Shown here: in pieces, positions 34,962 through 44,100 of the stretch | Layout: each line of letters starts with the position of its first letter | Position numbering within the stretch: position 1 is the first letter of the stretch | Origin: a virus | Strand: one strand, 5' to 3' | Virus record (IMG/VR): IMGVR_UViG_3300009159_008968 | Location: 71,410 to 135,409 of that record | DNA length: 64,000 nt | Made by a program: the position numbers and the translations under genes | Notes under the pieces: generated by a model | What the model was told of the DNA's origin: nothing | What the model saw: only the letters and a program-made list of their open reading frames with translations | The model's database searches: none

Positions 34962-36458
34962 ATGAAAAATAGTCCTTATAAATTGAATTTTAAAATTGTC
35001 AAAGTAAAAGATAAAAATATAAAAGAAGATATTGGTATTTTTAGAACTACTCCAACAGCTACTGGATATTACTTATTGTTAAGTTCTGATCTAAGAGGAG
35101 AAGATGGTGCAAAGGAATCAGCTATAATGGGTAAACTATTAAAAGTTACAAAAGGAGCAAATTATGATCATAGTGTTCCTATGCCAAAATATTTTAAAGA
35201 TTTTCAAACTGGTCAATTTGGATGGGGATATTTTTTACCAATGAATGCTGATGAGGAAAAAACAAATCAAATTTTAAATAATTTAAGAGAATTAAAGAAA
35301 GAATATTATAAGGCTAAGAAAATGGAACCGTCTGAAGATACCGGTAATTTAAGTTTAAATGATGTAAAGGAATTAAGAAGTATAAATGTAAAAGAACTTG
35401 GTGATGCTATTGAAAATGCTGCAGATAATACAGAAAATTCTGAGATACAAAATCGTTTAGATAAATATTTTTCTGATTTACAAAAAGCCGTTGAAGATGA
35501 TACGATTTTCTTGTTTTTAATTGACAATTATGAAAAAGCGAAAAAATTCCAAACTAGAAATACTGCTTGGAAATATTCTTTATTAAATTCTTTAATTATA
35601 ACAATTGCTGATCCAACTGCATCTTTGGCTGGTCCAAAAGATTATTGGGATGGAATTGGTTATAAAGTCAAAGATGAATATACTAAAAATGGTATTTTAA
35701 TTACAAAACCGAAATCTTCACTACAAACTAAAGGAAAATCAGATGTTGCTGAAAAAGTTAAATGGGCAAAAGAGAATCCAAATGTAATGAGAGATTTTTT
35801 AAGAGATCAAGGATATGATGCAAGTGAAACATTCACCGATGAAAAAAAATATCAATTAGCAAAATATATAACATCAAAAGGGTTATATGGTAAAAGAACA
35901 GGTGGATTTGAAACAGCTATGGTTTATACAAACAACATGGTTGAGCCTGCTCCGGGAAGAGATGCTATTGATTTATCTGGAGAAGCAGATTATAATGTTC
36001 TTGAAAAGGATTACGAACAAAATTTAGTACCATTATTCAATGCAATATTAGCAGTTTGTGAAAAAACTGGAACTAATATTCCTGAAGCAATGAAAGCTAA
36101 TAAAAATGATTTAAGAAATTTTAACAGAATTGTTTCTGCATTAGCTAAAAAAATGTTAGCAGAAAGCTATGGCGGAGAAGGAAAAGTTAAACCAGAAGAT
36201 CGTGAACAACTAGAAGTAAGAACAGAAAGTGTTGCTCAGATTATAAAAAATCATTATAAAATTGAATCTGAAAAAAGCATATTGAATATTGCTGCTTTGG
36301 GAGCAGATAGAGAATCTTTAGAAAAAAGTAAGGCTAAGATTTTAAATACTGCTGATAAACTTATTAATCAGATTGATGCTGAATTAGAAAAGAATATTCA
36401 AGAAAGTAAAATCAGAAAAATGATTTCTAAATTAATCAGAGAAAATTTTAGCAAATAA
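34962..36458 (+). CDS. ArdC-N-like ssDNA-binding domain plus degenerate metallopeptidase-like domain
   Basis: YSLLNSLIITIADPTASLAG..W..IGYKVK..GILI..P; later LEVRTESVAQII, with SALAK at the expected HExxH position. Confidence 0.6.
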   Translation: MKNSPYKLNFKIVKVKDKNIKEDIGIFRTTPTATGYYLLLSSDLRGEDGAKESAIMGKLLKVTKGANYDHSVPMPKYFKDFQTGQFGWGYFLPMNADEEKTNQILNNLRELKKEYYKAKKMEPSEDTGNLSLNDVKELRSINVKELGDAIENAADNTENSEIQNRLDKYFSDLQKAVEDDTIFLFLIDNYEKAKKFQTRNTAWKYSLLNSLIITIADPTASLAGPKDYWDGIGYKVKDEYTKNGILITKPKSSLQTKGKSDVAEKVKWAKENPNVMRDFLRDQGYDASETFTDEKKYQLAKYITSKGLYGKRTGGFETAMVYTNNMVEPAPGRDAIDLSGEADYNVLEKDYEQNLVPLFNAILAVCEKTGTNIPEAMKANKNDLRNFNRIVSALAKKMLAESYGGEGKVKPEDREQLEVRTESVAQIIKNHYKIESEKSILNIAALGADRESLEKSKAKILNTADKLINQIDAELEKNIQESKIRKMISKLIRENFSK

Positions 36459-36624
36459 AATATTCTTCCTGATCCATTCTTTTAGGAAATTTTCTTTTCT
36501 TATTAAAGCCACATCTTGCACATGTGGTCATTTCTGCATTTTCTAGATACTTTGTTACACCAAATCTATGACCTTTATACCAACAAAAAACAAGAAATTT
36601 TATTTTTTTAATTAATCTTTGCAT
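36448..36624 (-). CDS. 58-aa C-x4-H/CxxC zinc-ribbon-like protein (missed by ORF track)
   Basis: Manual translation MQRLIKKIKFLVFCWYKGHRFGVTKYLENAEMTTCARCGFNKKRKFPKRMDQEEYFIC. Confidence 0.55.
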   Translation of the reverse strand: MQRLIKKIKFLVFCWYKGHRFGVTKYLENAEMTTCARCGFNKKRKFPKRMDQEEYFIC

Positions 36625-36760
36625 AAAGTATTTGACTTAAATATTTAAATAAATTTTTTAAATTGATGTTTTTATCAAAAAAGTTCAAATATAAATTTAT
36701 AAGATCGAAGTGAGAATTGTAATCTGGGCATAATCCTATAAAATGTAATATTTGTTCCAT
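36608..36760 (-). CDS. Small hypothetical protein (MEQILHFIGLCPD...)
   Basis: ATG at 36760 overlaps the upstream stop (TAATG). Confidence 0.5.
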   Translation of the reverse strand: MEQILHFIGLCPDYNSHFDLINLYLNFFDKNINLKNLFKYLSQILYAKIN

Positions 36761-36912
36761 TATTTTTTTAAAATTTCTAAATCTTTTTTCTCTACTCGAA
36801 AAGTACATTCATTATGAGAGCAAATACAGTACGTGCTGTATTCTTTTATAATTTCAACAATTTCACCTTTTTTTACACTAAACACGTTGTAGTTTTTAAT
36901 TTTAGCTTTCAT
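36760..36912 (-). CDS. 50-aa SH3-like small protein (missed by ORF track)
   Basis: Manual translation MKAKIKNYNVFSVKKGEIVEIIKEYSTYCICSHNECTFRVEKKDLEILKK; coupled to both neighbours. Confidence 0.55.
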   Translation of the reverse strand: MKAKIKNYNVFSVKKGEIVEIIKEYSTYCICSHNECTFRVEKKDLEILKK

Positions 36913-36913
36913 A

Positions 36914-37207
36914 TTAATCTTTGTTTTTTGAATTTAAACGAGAATTTTTTGATTTTGTTACAAATTTAATATGTTTTTTTGAACTAAGAGTCAAATACCC
37001 TGAATTTAATTGTAATTTTTTAAATTTAATAATTTCTCGAACAATTTCAAGTCCTTTTTTAGAATTATGTTCATAAAAGAAGTTGTTTTTTTTCCCTTGG
37101 CCTGTACGCACTTTTGGGACATAATCAGTATCAATATAATTTTCAACGAGTTTTTTATTAAACTCATCTAAATTAAAGTAAAATTCTTTTATGATACTTT
37201 TGTGCAC
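36914..37207 (-). CDS. Hypothetical basic protein
   Basis: 97-aa ORF, GTG start, TATTTAT upstream. Confidence 0.5.
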   Translation of the reverse strand: MHKSIIKEFYFNLDEFNKKLVENYIDTDYVPKVRTGQGKKNNFFYEHNSKKGLEIVREIIKFKKLQLNSGYLTLSSKKHIKFVTKSKNSRLNSKNKD

Positions 37208-37277
37208 CTATTAAAAATAATAAATAAAAACATTATTTCAAACTATTTATAAACTAGAAATAAATTAAAAAAATATC

Positions 37278-37571
37278 ATGAGTTATCCTTACGCAAATTA
37301 TGAAGTTGTCGGCCTGAGTGGATCAAAAAATTTATATCCTTTTGATCCTACAAATTATAGAACTGCAACTACTGTTCATCAAATCTATTGTCTACAACAA
37401 GGATCTATAACAATTTATCCAATGTTAGGTTCTTCATTTACTTGGACTCCTGTAAGTGGATTATCAATGGATGTTTTAGTTTCTGCCGTTACAGTTAATT
37501 CTGGAACCTTTATTGGTTTTAGAGCTAGAAACGATGTCAATCCTTTCTATAGTAGAGGTGCTAATCAATAA
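37278..37571 (+). CDS. Small virion protein candidate
   Basis: First gene of the neck operon; TATTTAT at 37244..37250. Confidence 0.6.
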   Translation: MSYPYANYEVVGLSGSKNLYPFDPTNYRTATTVHQIYCLQQGSITIYPMLGSSFTWTPVSGLSMDVLVSAVTVNSGTFIGFRARNDVNPFYSRGANQ

Positions 37572-37584
37572 TTAAAATTATAAA

Positions 37585-38763
37585 ATGGCTGCAGATTGCG
37601 TATTTACTTGTTTAAGTGGAACTTCTGAACAACAGAAACAGGAGTTATTTTACATGATTCGTCAAGAATTAGGTGAGCCTGTTGTTCAAGTTGAATTAGC
37701 TGATTCACAATTAGAAGTAGCTTTTTGTAAATCTATTAGAGAATATTCTACTTTTATAAATAATTGGTCATTAGAAAATAGAATGTCTCAGATGCTAGGT
37801 TTACCTAAGGACATTGATTTTACTTTAAAATATGTTTCTAATAATTTCTCTTTTGAAAGATCTTTCTCAAAAGCTTTTTCAGAACAAGCTGGTGCTGCAT
37901 CTGATTCAATCAGAGAAATGAAAACAGCTCCAATTACACTTTCTGCTGGCACACAAGATTATTTTATTCCTGCAGGAAGAGAAATTAATGAAATTTTATG
38001 GTTTACTCCATCAATGATCAATTTATTTGGTCTTGATGCGTTTTCGAACTCAAATATTGCTTTTACTGAATTCGGTGCTTCTTTCGCTGGTCATAGTTTA
38101 TATTATATTATGCCAGTATTTGATACTTTATTAACATCCACTTCAGCAAAAGTTAGAAATAAAGTTAGATCTGCTGAATATTCATATAGAATAACAGGTG
38201 CTGCAAATGGAACAAAAAGATTGAGTTTATATCCTATTCCAAATAATACAGGAAATACAGTTTATGGTATTACAGGTGGTGTAGGTGGTCAAACTCCCGG
38301 AACAGTATTTTATCGTTATTATGATGAAATTGGACAAGCAGGTAACTGGTCTTATAGTGGTTATTCTGCAAATCCTAATTATACGGGTGGAACAGGTTCT
38401 CAAGGAAATGGTTTAGTTTCTGGACCTGCTGATGCAAGATTAGATTTTTTAACGTATGATGAATTAAATTCTAATGGTAAATATTGGGTACAACGATATT
38501 CTCTTGCTATAGCAATGAGGATTTTAGGACTTTCAATTCGTGGAAAATTTGGTGGAAATTTACCAATTCCAGATGCTGAATTAACTCTTAATAGTTCTGA
38601 TCTTTTATCTACAGCAAAAGATGATATGGCCAATTTAAAAGAAGAAATAAAAACTCAATTAGAAAAATTAAACTTTAAAGCATTATTAGAAAATAATTCT
38701 AGTATGCAAGAAAATATAAATAAAACACTTGCCTACAATATGTTAGGTATTTACATAGGTTAA
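37585..38763 (+). CDS. Neck/head-tail adaptor protein, T4 gp13-like
   Basis: RQELGEPVVQVEL.D.QL, WVQRYSLA, RGKF.G.LP...LTLN...L motifs; position before gp14- and gp15-like genes. Confidence 0.8.
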   Translation: MAADCVFTCLSGTSEQQKQELFYMIRQELGEPVVQVELADSQLEVAFCKSIREYSTFINNWSLENRMSQMLGLPKDIDFTLKYVSNNFSFERSFSKAFSEQAGAASDSIREMKTAPITLSAGTQDYFIPAGREINEILWFTPSMINLFGLDAFSNSNIAFTEFGASFAGHSLYYIMPVFDTLLTSTSAKVRNKVRSAEYSYRITGAANGTKRLSLYPIPNNTGNTVYGITGGVGGQTPGTVFYRYYDEIGQAGNWSYSGYSANPNYTGGTGSQGNGLVSGPADARLDFLTYDELNSNGKYWVQRYSLAIAMRILGLSIRGKFGGNLPIPDAELTLNSSDLLSTAKDDMANLKEEIKTQLEKLNFKALLENNSSMQENINKTLAYNMLGIYIG

Positions 38764-38766
38764 TAA

Positions 38767-39324
38767 ATGGCAGAATTACCAGCAAATAATAATGAACTTC
38801 AGAATGAACGAATTCAGAAAACTGAAGAAGCCAAAGAGATGGATGTCAATAAAAAAGGCATTAAATTATTTTTTGGTGAGAAAGAAAGAAGATTGTTAGA
38901 TAGTATGGGTCGTGAAATCGTAAACGACATTTTATTAGAAAGTTTTATTTTATACCGAATTGATTATAGAACTACAAAAACTCATAGAGTTTATGGTGAG
39001 GCTAAACAAAAAGTATACGAAACACCTGTTGAAATTTTTGGACGTGTAACAGTTGAAACAGATTCACCAAGTTATTTTGCTCCGGGTGGTTTGATTCGTG
39101 AAGGTTTAGGTAAATTTACTGCTCATGTGTATTTGACGCATCTTGAAGAACTTGGAGTTACTTTAAGAATGGGTGATTTCATTTATCACAAAGGTAACTA
39201 TTATGAAATTATTGATAATGGTGCTTCTGATATTAACAACAAATATGCTTTTGGTTCTGATAAATTCTTTTATATTACTATCAAAGGTGTTGAGGTTAAC
39301 AGTGATGTTTTCCAAGCTAGGTAA
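38767..39324 (+). CDS. Neck/head-closure protein, T4 gp14-like
   Basis: YRID...VYGEA..K.Y..PVEI..V, L..LGV...GDFI...YYEI motifs and synteny. Confidence 0.7.
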   Translation: MAELPANNNELQNERIQKTEEAKEMDVNKKGIKLFFGEKERRLLDSMGREIVNDILLESFILYRIDYRTTKTHRVYGEAKQKVYETPVEIFGRVTVETDSPSYFAPGGLIREGLGKFTAHVYLTHLEELGVTLRMGDFIYHKGNYYEIIDNGASDINNKYAFGSDKFFYITIKGVEVNSDVFQAR

Positions 39325-39364
39325 TTTATTAAAAAAGAAATAATTATAAAATTAGAAAATGTTT

Positions 39365-39398
39365 AAAACCAGTCTGTTAAGGGCTGGTTTTGTTTTTT
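39365..39398 (+). terminator. Intrinsic terminator
   Basis: AAAACCAGTC-loop-GGGCTGGTTTT plus T run. Confidence 0.65.
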
Positions 39399-39439
39399 AT
39401 AATTTTTTATAATAAATTTGATGACTTATCGACAGAAAC

Positions 39440-40270
39440 TTGTCCAAAATCATCAAAATTAGAATTCATCAGGGTTTACCCACTAAGATTGTAAAAGACC
39501 AAAGGCTTTTAAAAGCTATTTGTGTTTTTTATGGTTTGAAGTACTTATATACTGGTGGAATTATTTTAAATATTTCTAAAAGATATGAAGAGATATCTAA
39601 GAAATTAGAAATATCTGAGACAAATCTAAGAAGTAAGATAAAATATCTTATAGAATTAGGATTAATCACTAGAAAAAATAATAATTTGACATTTGTTGGA
39701 TTTACTAAAATTAAACAAATTTTAAAATTAAAGACTTTTAAATGTTTTAGGGTAGATTATAAAACACCTAAAAAATTAGAAATTTTAATAAAATGTTTAT
39801 CGATAGAGGAAAATTATAAAAAACAAGAATATAAACTTCAACAGAAAGTTATAAAAGAAGAATTAAAAAGGTTTGGCAAAATAGAGGCAAAGAACACACA
39901 AAAGAAAATTATTCAGAAAATAAGGAAGGGTATTGGACCTTTGACTGAAAAATATAAACAGCGTGAACCTAATTTTTCTATCAATAAAGATTCTCTGAAG
40001 AAGGAAATGAATCCGGTAACAACACTTTCAAGACAAGGTGTTGCTAAACTTTTCAATAGAAAATCAAAATCTACTGGAACAAGATTTATTAATAAAATAA
40101 AAAAACATGGTTATGTTATAGATGATGAAAAAAGAATTGATCTTATCTATAAGAAATTTAACTTTAATATGTTTAGATCTTTGGAATTAGATTCTTCTTA
40201 TTTTATCTATAAGAACAATCTATACCAAAGATTACCAAACAAACTAACTCTTACTAATATCTTTGCCTAA
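39440..40270 (+). CDS. Basic DNA-binding protein with two HTH-like segments
   Basis: YEEISKKLEISETNLRSKIKYLIELGLI and TLSRQGVAKLFNRKSKSTG..FI; TTG start; TAAATTTG at 39413..39420. Confidence 0.6.
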   Translation: MSKIIKIRIHQGLPTKIVKDQRLLKAICVFYGLKYLYTGGIILNISKRYEEISKKLEISETNLRSKIKYLIELGLITRKNNNLTFVGFTKIKQILKLKTFKCFRVDYKTPKKLEILIKCLSIEENYKKQEYKLQQKVIKEELKRFGKIEAKNTQKKIIQKIRKGIGPLTEKYKQREPNFSINKDSLKKEMNPVTTLSRQGVAKLFNRKSKSTGTRFINKIKKHGYVIDDEKRIDLIYKKFNFNMFRSLELDSSYFIYKNNLYQRLPNKLTLTNIFA

Positions 40271-40343
40271 TGTAGGTTGCACTTTTTGAAAAACTGTTGT
40301 TTTTAATTAAATTATTTTTCTATTTATAGATATAAATTCCGCT

Positions 40344-41153
40344 ATGTCTATAACAAGAAATATTGATAATTTTTTGGATGAAAGTTTCAAAAATCATGAT
40401 TATCTTCCTCAAAGGTTACTTTTAGAAGATATGGATGATGGTCTTTTGACTTTTTTGAGATCACTTGAAATTTCAGTGATGGATGAAAAAGCGAATACTA
40501 GAGCTGTTCCAGTGATATTTTTGACTCAAGAAAGATGGGCCGAATTTCGTAATAATTTTAAATATCTACGAGATGAAGCTGGTCAAGAGATTACAATGCC
40601 TTTTATGACTTTAAGAAGAAAAGGTGTAAAGCCGGGTGAAAATCCATTAAAAAGATCAACAATTCCGAAAAAGAAAAAATTTACTTTTTTACAAGTTCCA
40701 ACATTTGATGGCTTGGTAAAAGGTTATGACATCTATAAAGTACCTCAACCCCCAAGAGTTGATATTGATTATGAATTGAGATTTTTTTCTCACTACATGG
40801 AAGATACTAACGTTTATTATGAAGAAATAATTGCAAATACATTTTCTGATAAAGAGGCTTATATAAACATTAATGGATATCCTCTTTTTACAGAGATGAG
40901 TGATCCAAGTGAAGAAAACACAGTTGATGATATAGAAGCAGATAGAAGATTTAGTGTTGTTGTTCCTATGACATTACATGGTAAAATTGTAGATCCTAGA
41001 TTATGGGAAAAAGTTCAAGCAATTAATAAAATTAGAGTTGATATAAGTGAAGGTGGAAATAAATCAAATGCAAAATATGGTAACCCAGTAATAAACACTA
41101 TAAATTGGTATGTAGATAATGGTTATGTAGAAGATTATTTTGAGGGATCATAA
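40344..41153 (+). CDS. Tail terminator/sheath stabiliser, T4 gp15-like
   Basis: VPVIF..ERW, MP.M...R.G, P..VDIDYEL...S.YMED.N motifs; TATTTAT at 40321..40327. Confidence 0.7.
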   Translation: MSITRNIDNFLDESFKNHDYLPQRLLLEDMDDGLLTFLRSLEISVMDEKANTRAVPVIFLTQERWAEFRNNFKYLRDEAGQEITMPFMTLRRKGVKPGENPLKRSTIPKKKKFTFLQVPTFDGLVKGYDIYKVPQPPRVDIDYELRFFSHYMEDTNVYYEEIIANTFSDKEAYININGYPLFTEMSDPSEENTVDDIEADRRFSVVVPMTLHGKIVDPRLWEKVQAINKIRVDISEGGNKSNAKYGNPVINTINWYVDNGYVEDYFEGS

Positions 41154-41178
41154 AAAAACGAAATAAAATAAAAAATAA

Positions 41179-44100
41179 ATGGCATTAATTTTAAGATCAG
41201 TAAAAGGTTCAAAACTTACCATTTCCGAAATGGATGGTAATTTAACATATTTACAAAGTTTAGCGTTATCTGGTAGTTCGGGAGGTGGCGGTGGTGCTGG
41301 TGCTATTCCAGTGACTTATAGTCAACTTGTGGATAAAATAACAGGACAAACATTAACAGCCGGTACTACTTATATAATAACAGATTTTAAAACTTGTTAT
41401 GACGTACCTGAATATTATGTTGATGGTGACCCTAAAGGCAGCGATGCAGTCGATTACAGGCAACAAGGGAGCATCAAACCCATTGTTGTTTTCGCCACAA
41501 GCACCGGCACAATCAGCTCAACCGCATACCAACCGGCGTATCCGAACGACAGGATCCAATATGATTGGACTTGGAATACAACTGAAATTACAAGCAGTGC
41601 TGCTTATGGTAGAATAACTGAAAGAATCGATGAGTTTAACAATAGGACCGATTATGATCACAGAAACATCTCTTTTAATAGATTTCAATCATATGATAAG
41701 GGTTCTCAACTAACAGGAACCATATATGCATTATATTCGCCAAGTACTTTAATTGGTCAAAATACTAAATTTTTAAGTGAAGTCAATCCCGGTGACATAT
41801 TGCTGATTGACGGATATCAATTTGGTGGAATTGGTGTTAAAGTAGTTAGTGCGGCAACGGATACTCAATTGACCATTGTGACCGACCCTACATTCGGAGG
41901 TATTCCTTTTTGTGGAAACACTTATACTTTTTACACTGCTGTGGGAACAGAAAATTTTAATGAATACAAAGAGGTGTATGTCGGACAGAAAAACGAAGGT
42001 GATTGGGATGATGTCCAGACTTTCAATCTGAACGGAAGCGCCCTTCATAACTATGTCGGTGACTATTCCAAGTTCTATCTTGAAGATAATCTAAGCAACT
42101 CGGGATTCTTGTTGGCAAACAATGTATTTTATGATAACTCAGGAATATATTCAAATACTATTGGCGACAGGTCCTACAACAACACTGCAAGATATTGGTT
42201 CTTGAGAAACACGATTGCCGGCAGATTCTACAATAATGTGATTCATCGCAATGGTTTTTACAGCAATGATATTGGTGAATACTTTAATGACAATATTATT
42301 AAAAACCAGATGTACAACAACACAATCAATGAAGGTTTCAACGAAAATGTAATCTATTCCGAATTTTATGATAATGTCATTGGCAATTATTTCAACGGAA
42401 ATGTAATCTATTCCGAATTTTATGAGAACCAGATAGGTTTGTATTTTGACTCAAATACCATTTCCAACTACGGCAATGTGAACAATTACAATTTCTATAG
42501 AAACAAGATTGGTAATAATTTTGAGAACAATAATATCAGACAGACCTTTCAAAACAACCAAATCGGCAACCAATTCAACAACAACACCGCTAATGGTGAT
42601 TTTTATAAGAATGTTATTGGAAATGGATTTAATGAAAACTACAACATAGGTGATGACTTTTATGGTAATCACATAGGTAATGGATTTAATAACAATCCAT
42701 TAATTGGTGACAATTTTCAAGATAATCGAATCGGAGAATATTTTAATAACAATAGTGTTTCATATAATTTTAATAATAACCAAATCGGCAATACTTTTGA
42801 AGAAAACACTTTAGGTGATACCCAATATTTCAATTGGGACAATACGGGTATTGAAAACCTAACGGCAAGAACTTACAATACTTTTTACAATTCATTAGAT
42901 GGAAATGTAGGAAATGTAATTTTAGGTAAGGAACTTATAATGCATTTCTATCGTGATTCGGGTACAACACAAAGTAATGATACTTTAGTGGTTGGTGAAA
43001 CATATGAAATTACAAATGTTGCTTTTGTTGGCGGTGATTTTAGTAATGTTGCCGATGTAATAGATGGTATAATCAATGAAGTTGGGTGTGTTTTTATCGC
43101 AACAGGAACAACACCAACTAGTTGGTGTGGGATAACCGTAACAGAATTAACCGTTTATAATGAGTATCATAAGGTTAAATTCACGCAATGGACACAGAAT
43201 AATAACGGTGGCGGATTCTCATATGAAAGAACAAAGGTGTATCCGTCTGTTGAATCAACCGTTTATTTTACAAAATTAAATTACAGCAACCTAGTTGACA
43301 TTGTTGTTCCTAGTCGCCTCGAAATAAAAAGGGGCAACAATCAAGCAATTTATAATGATGCTATAGAAAATGATTGGAATGAAAATGTTTCACCTGAAGG
43401 GACAGAATGGAATTCAATTTATACTCAATCAAATAATGGTAGTAATTTTGAAGACAACACAATTTTCAATGAATTCAAAGGAAATTACATCCGCAACGAT
43501 TTTCAAATCAACACTATTGGCTCTTATGTTGGCAGCAATCAGTTTTCCGGAGATACCTATCAGAATGAAATTGGTTCATATACCTTTGACAATGACTTTT
43601 TAGGTTATATGTCAAATAACTCATGGATGAATAATTTCAACAACAATACCTTTGGGTATAATTTGAATAACAACAAGTTCAACTCATCAATTACCTTTAA
43701 CAGGGTAGGTAATGATTTCTTCAATAATAAAATTGAAAATTATTTTCAAGAAAACACCATAGGCATATATTTTCAAAACAATGAGATTGGATCCTTTTTC
43801 TCAAATAATACTATAGATGATAATTTCGGTTTTGGATATGCGGACCCACAAGGAAATAAAATTGGAAACAATTTTTACGATAATACAGTTGGTGAGTATT
43901 TTTATAACAACTCTATCCCCGATAATTTCAGGTACAATACAATAGGTCCCTATTTCCAATGGAATGTGATTAATACGAAAATAGATTATACTGATTTCAC
44001 AGTAAACTACGGAAATATTACAGGGTTTAGTTACACAACAATAGGAAATACTGCTATTGATGGTGTCTATAGTGGTTTGACGGGAACAACCACTGACATC

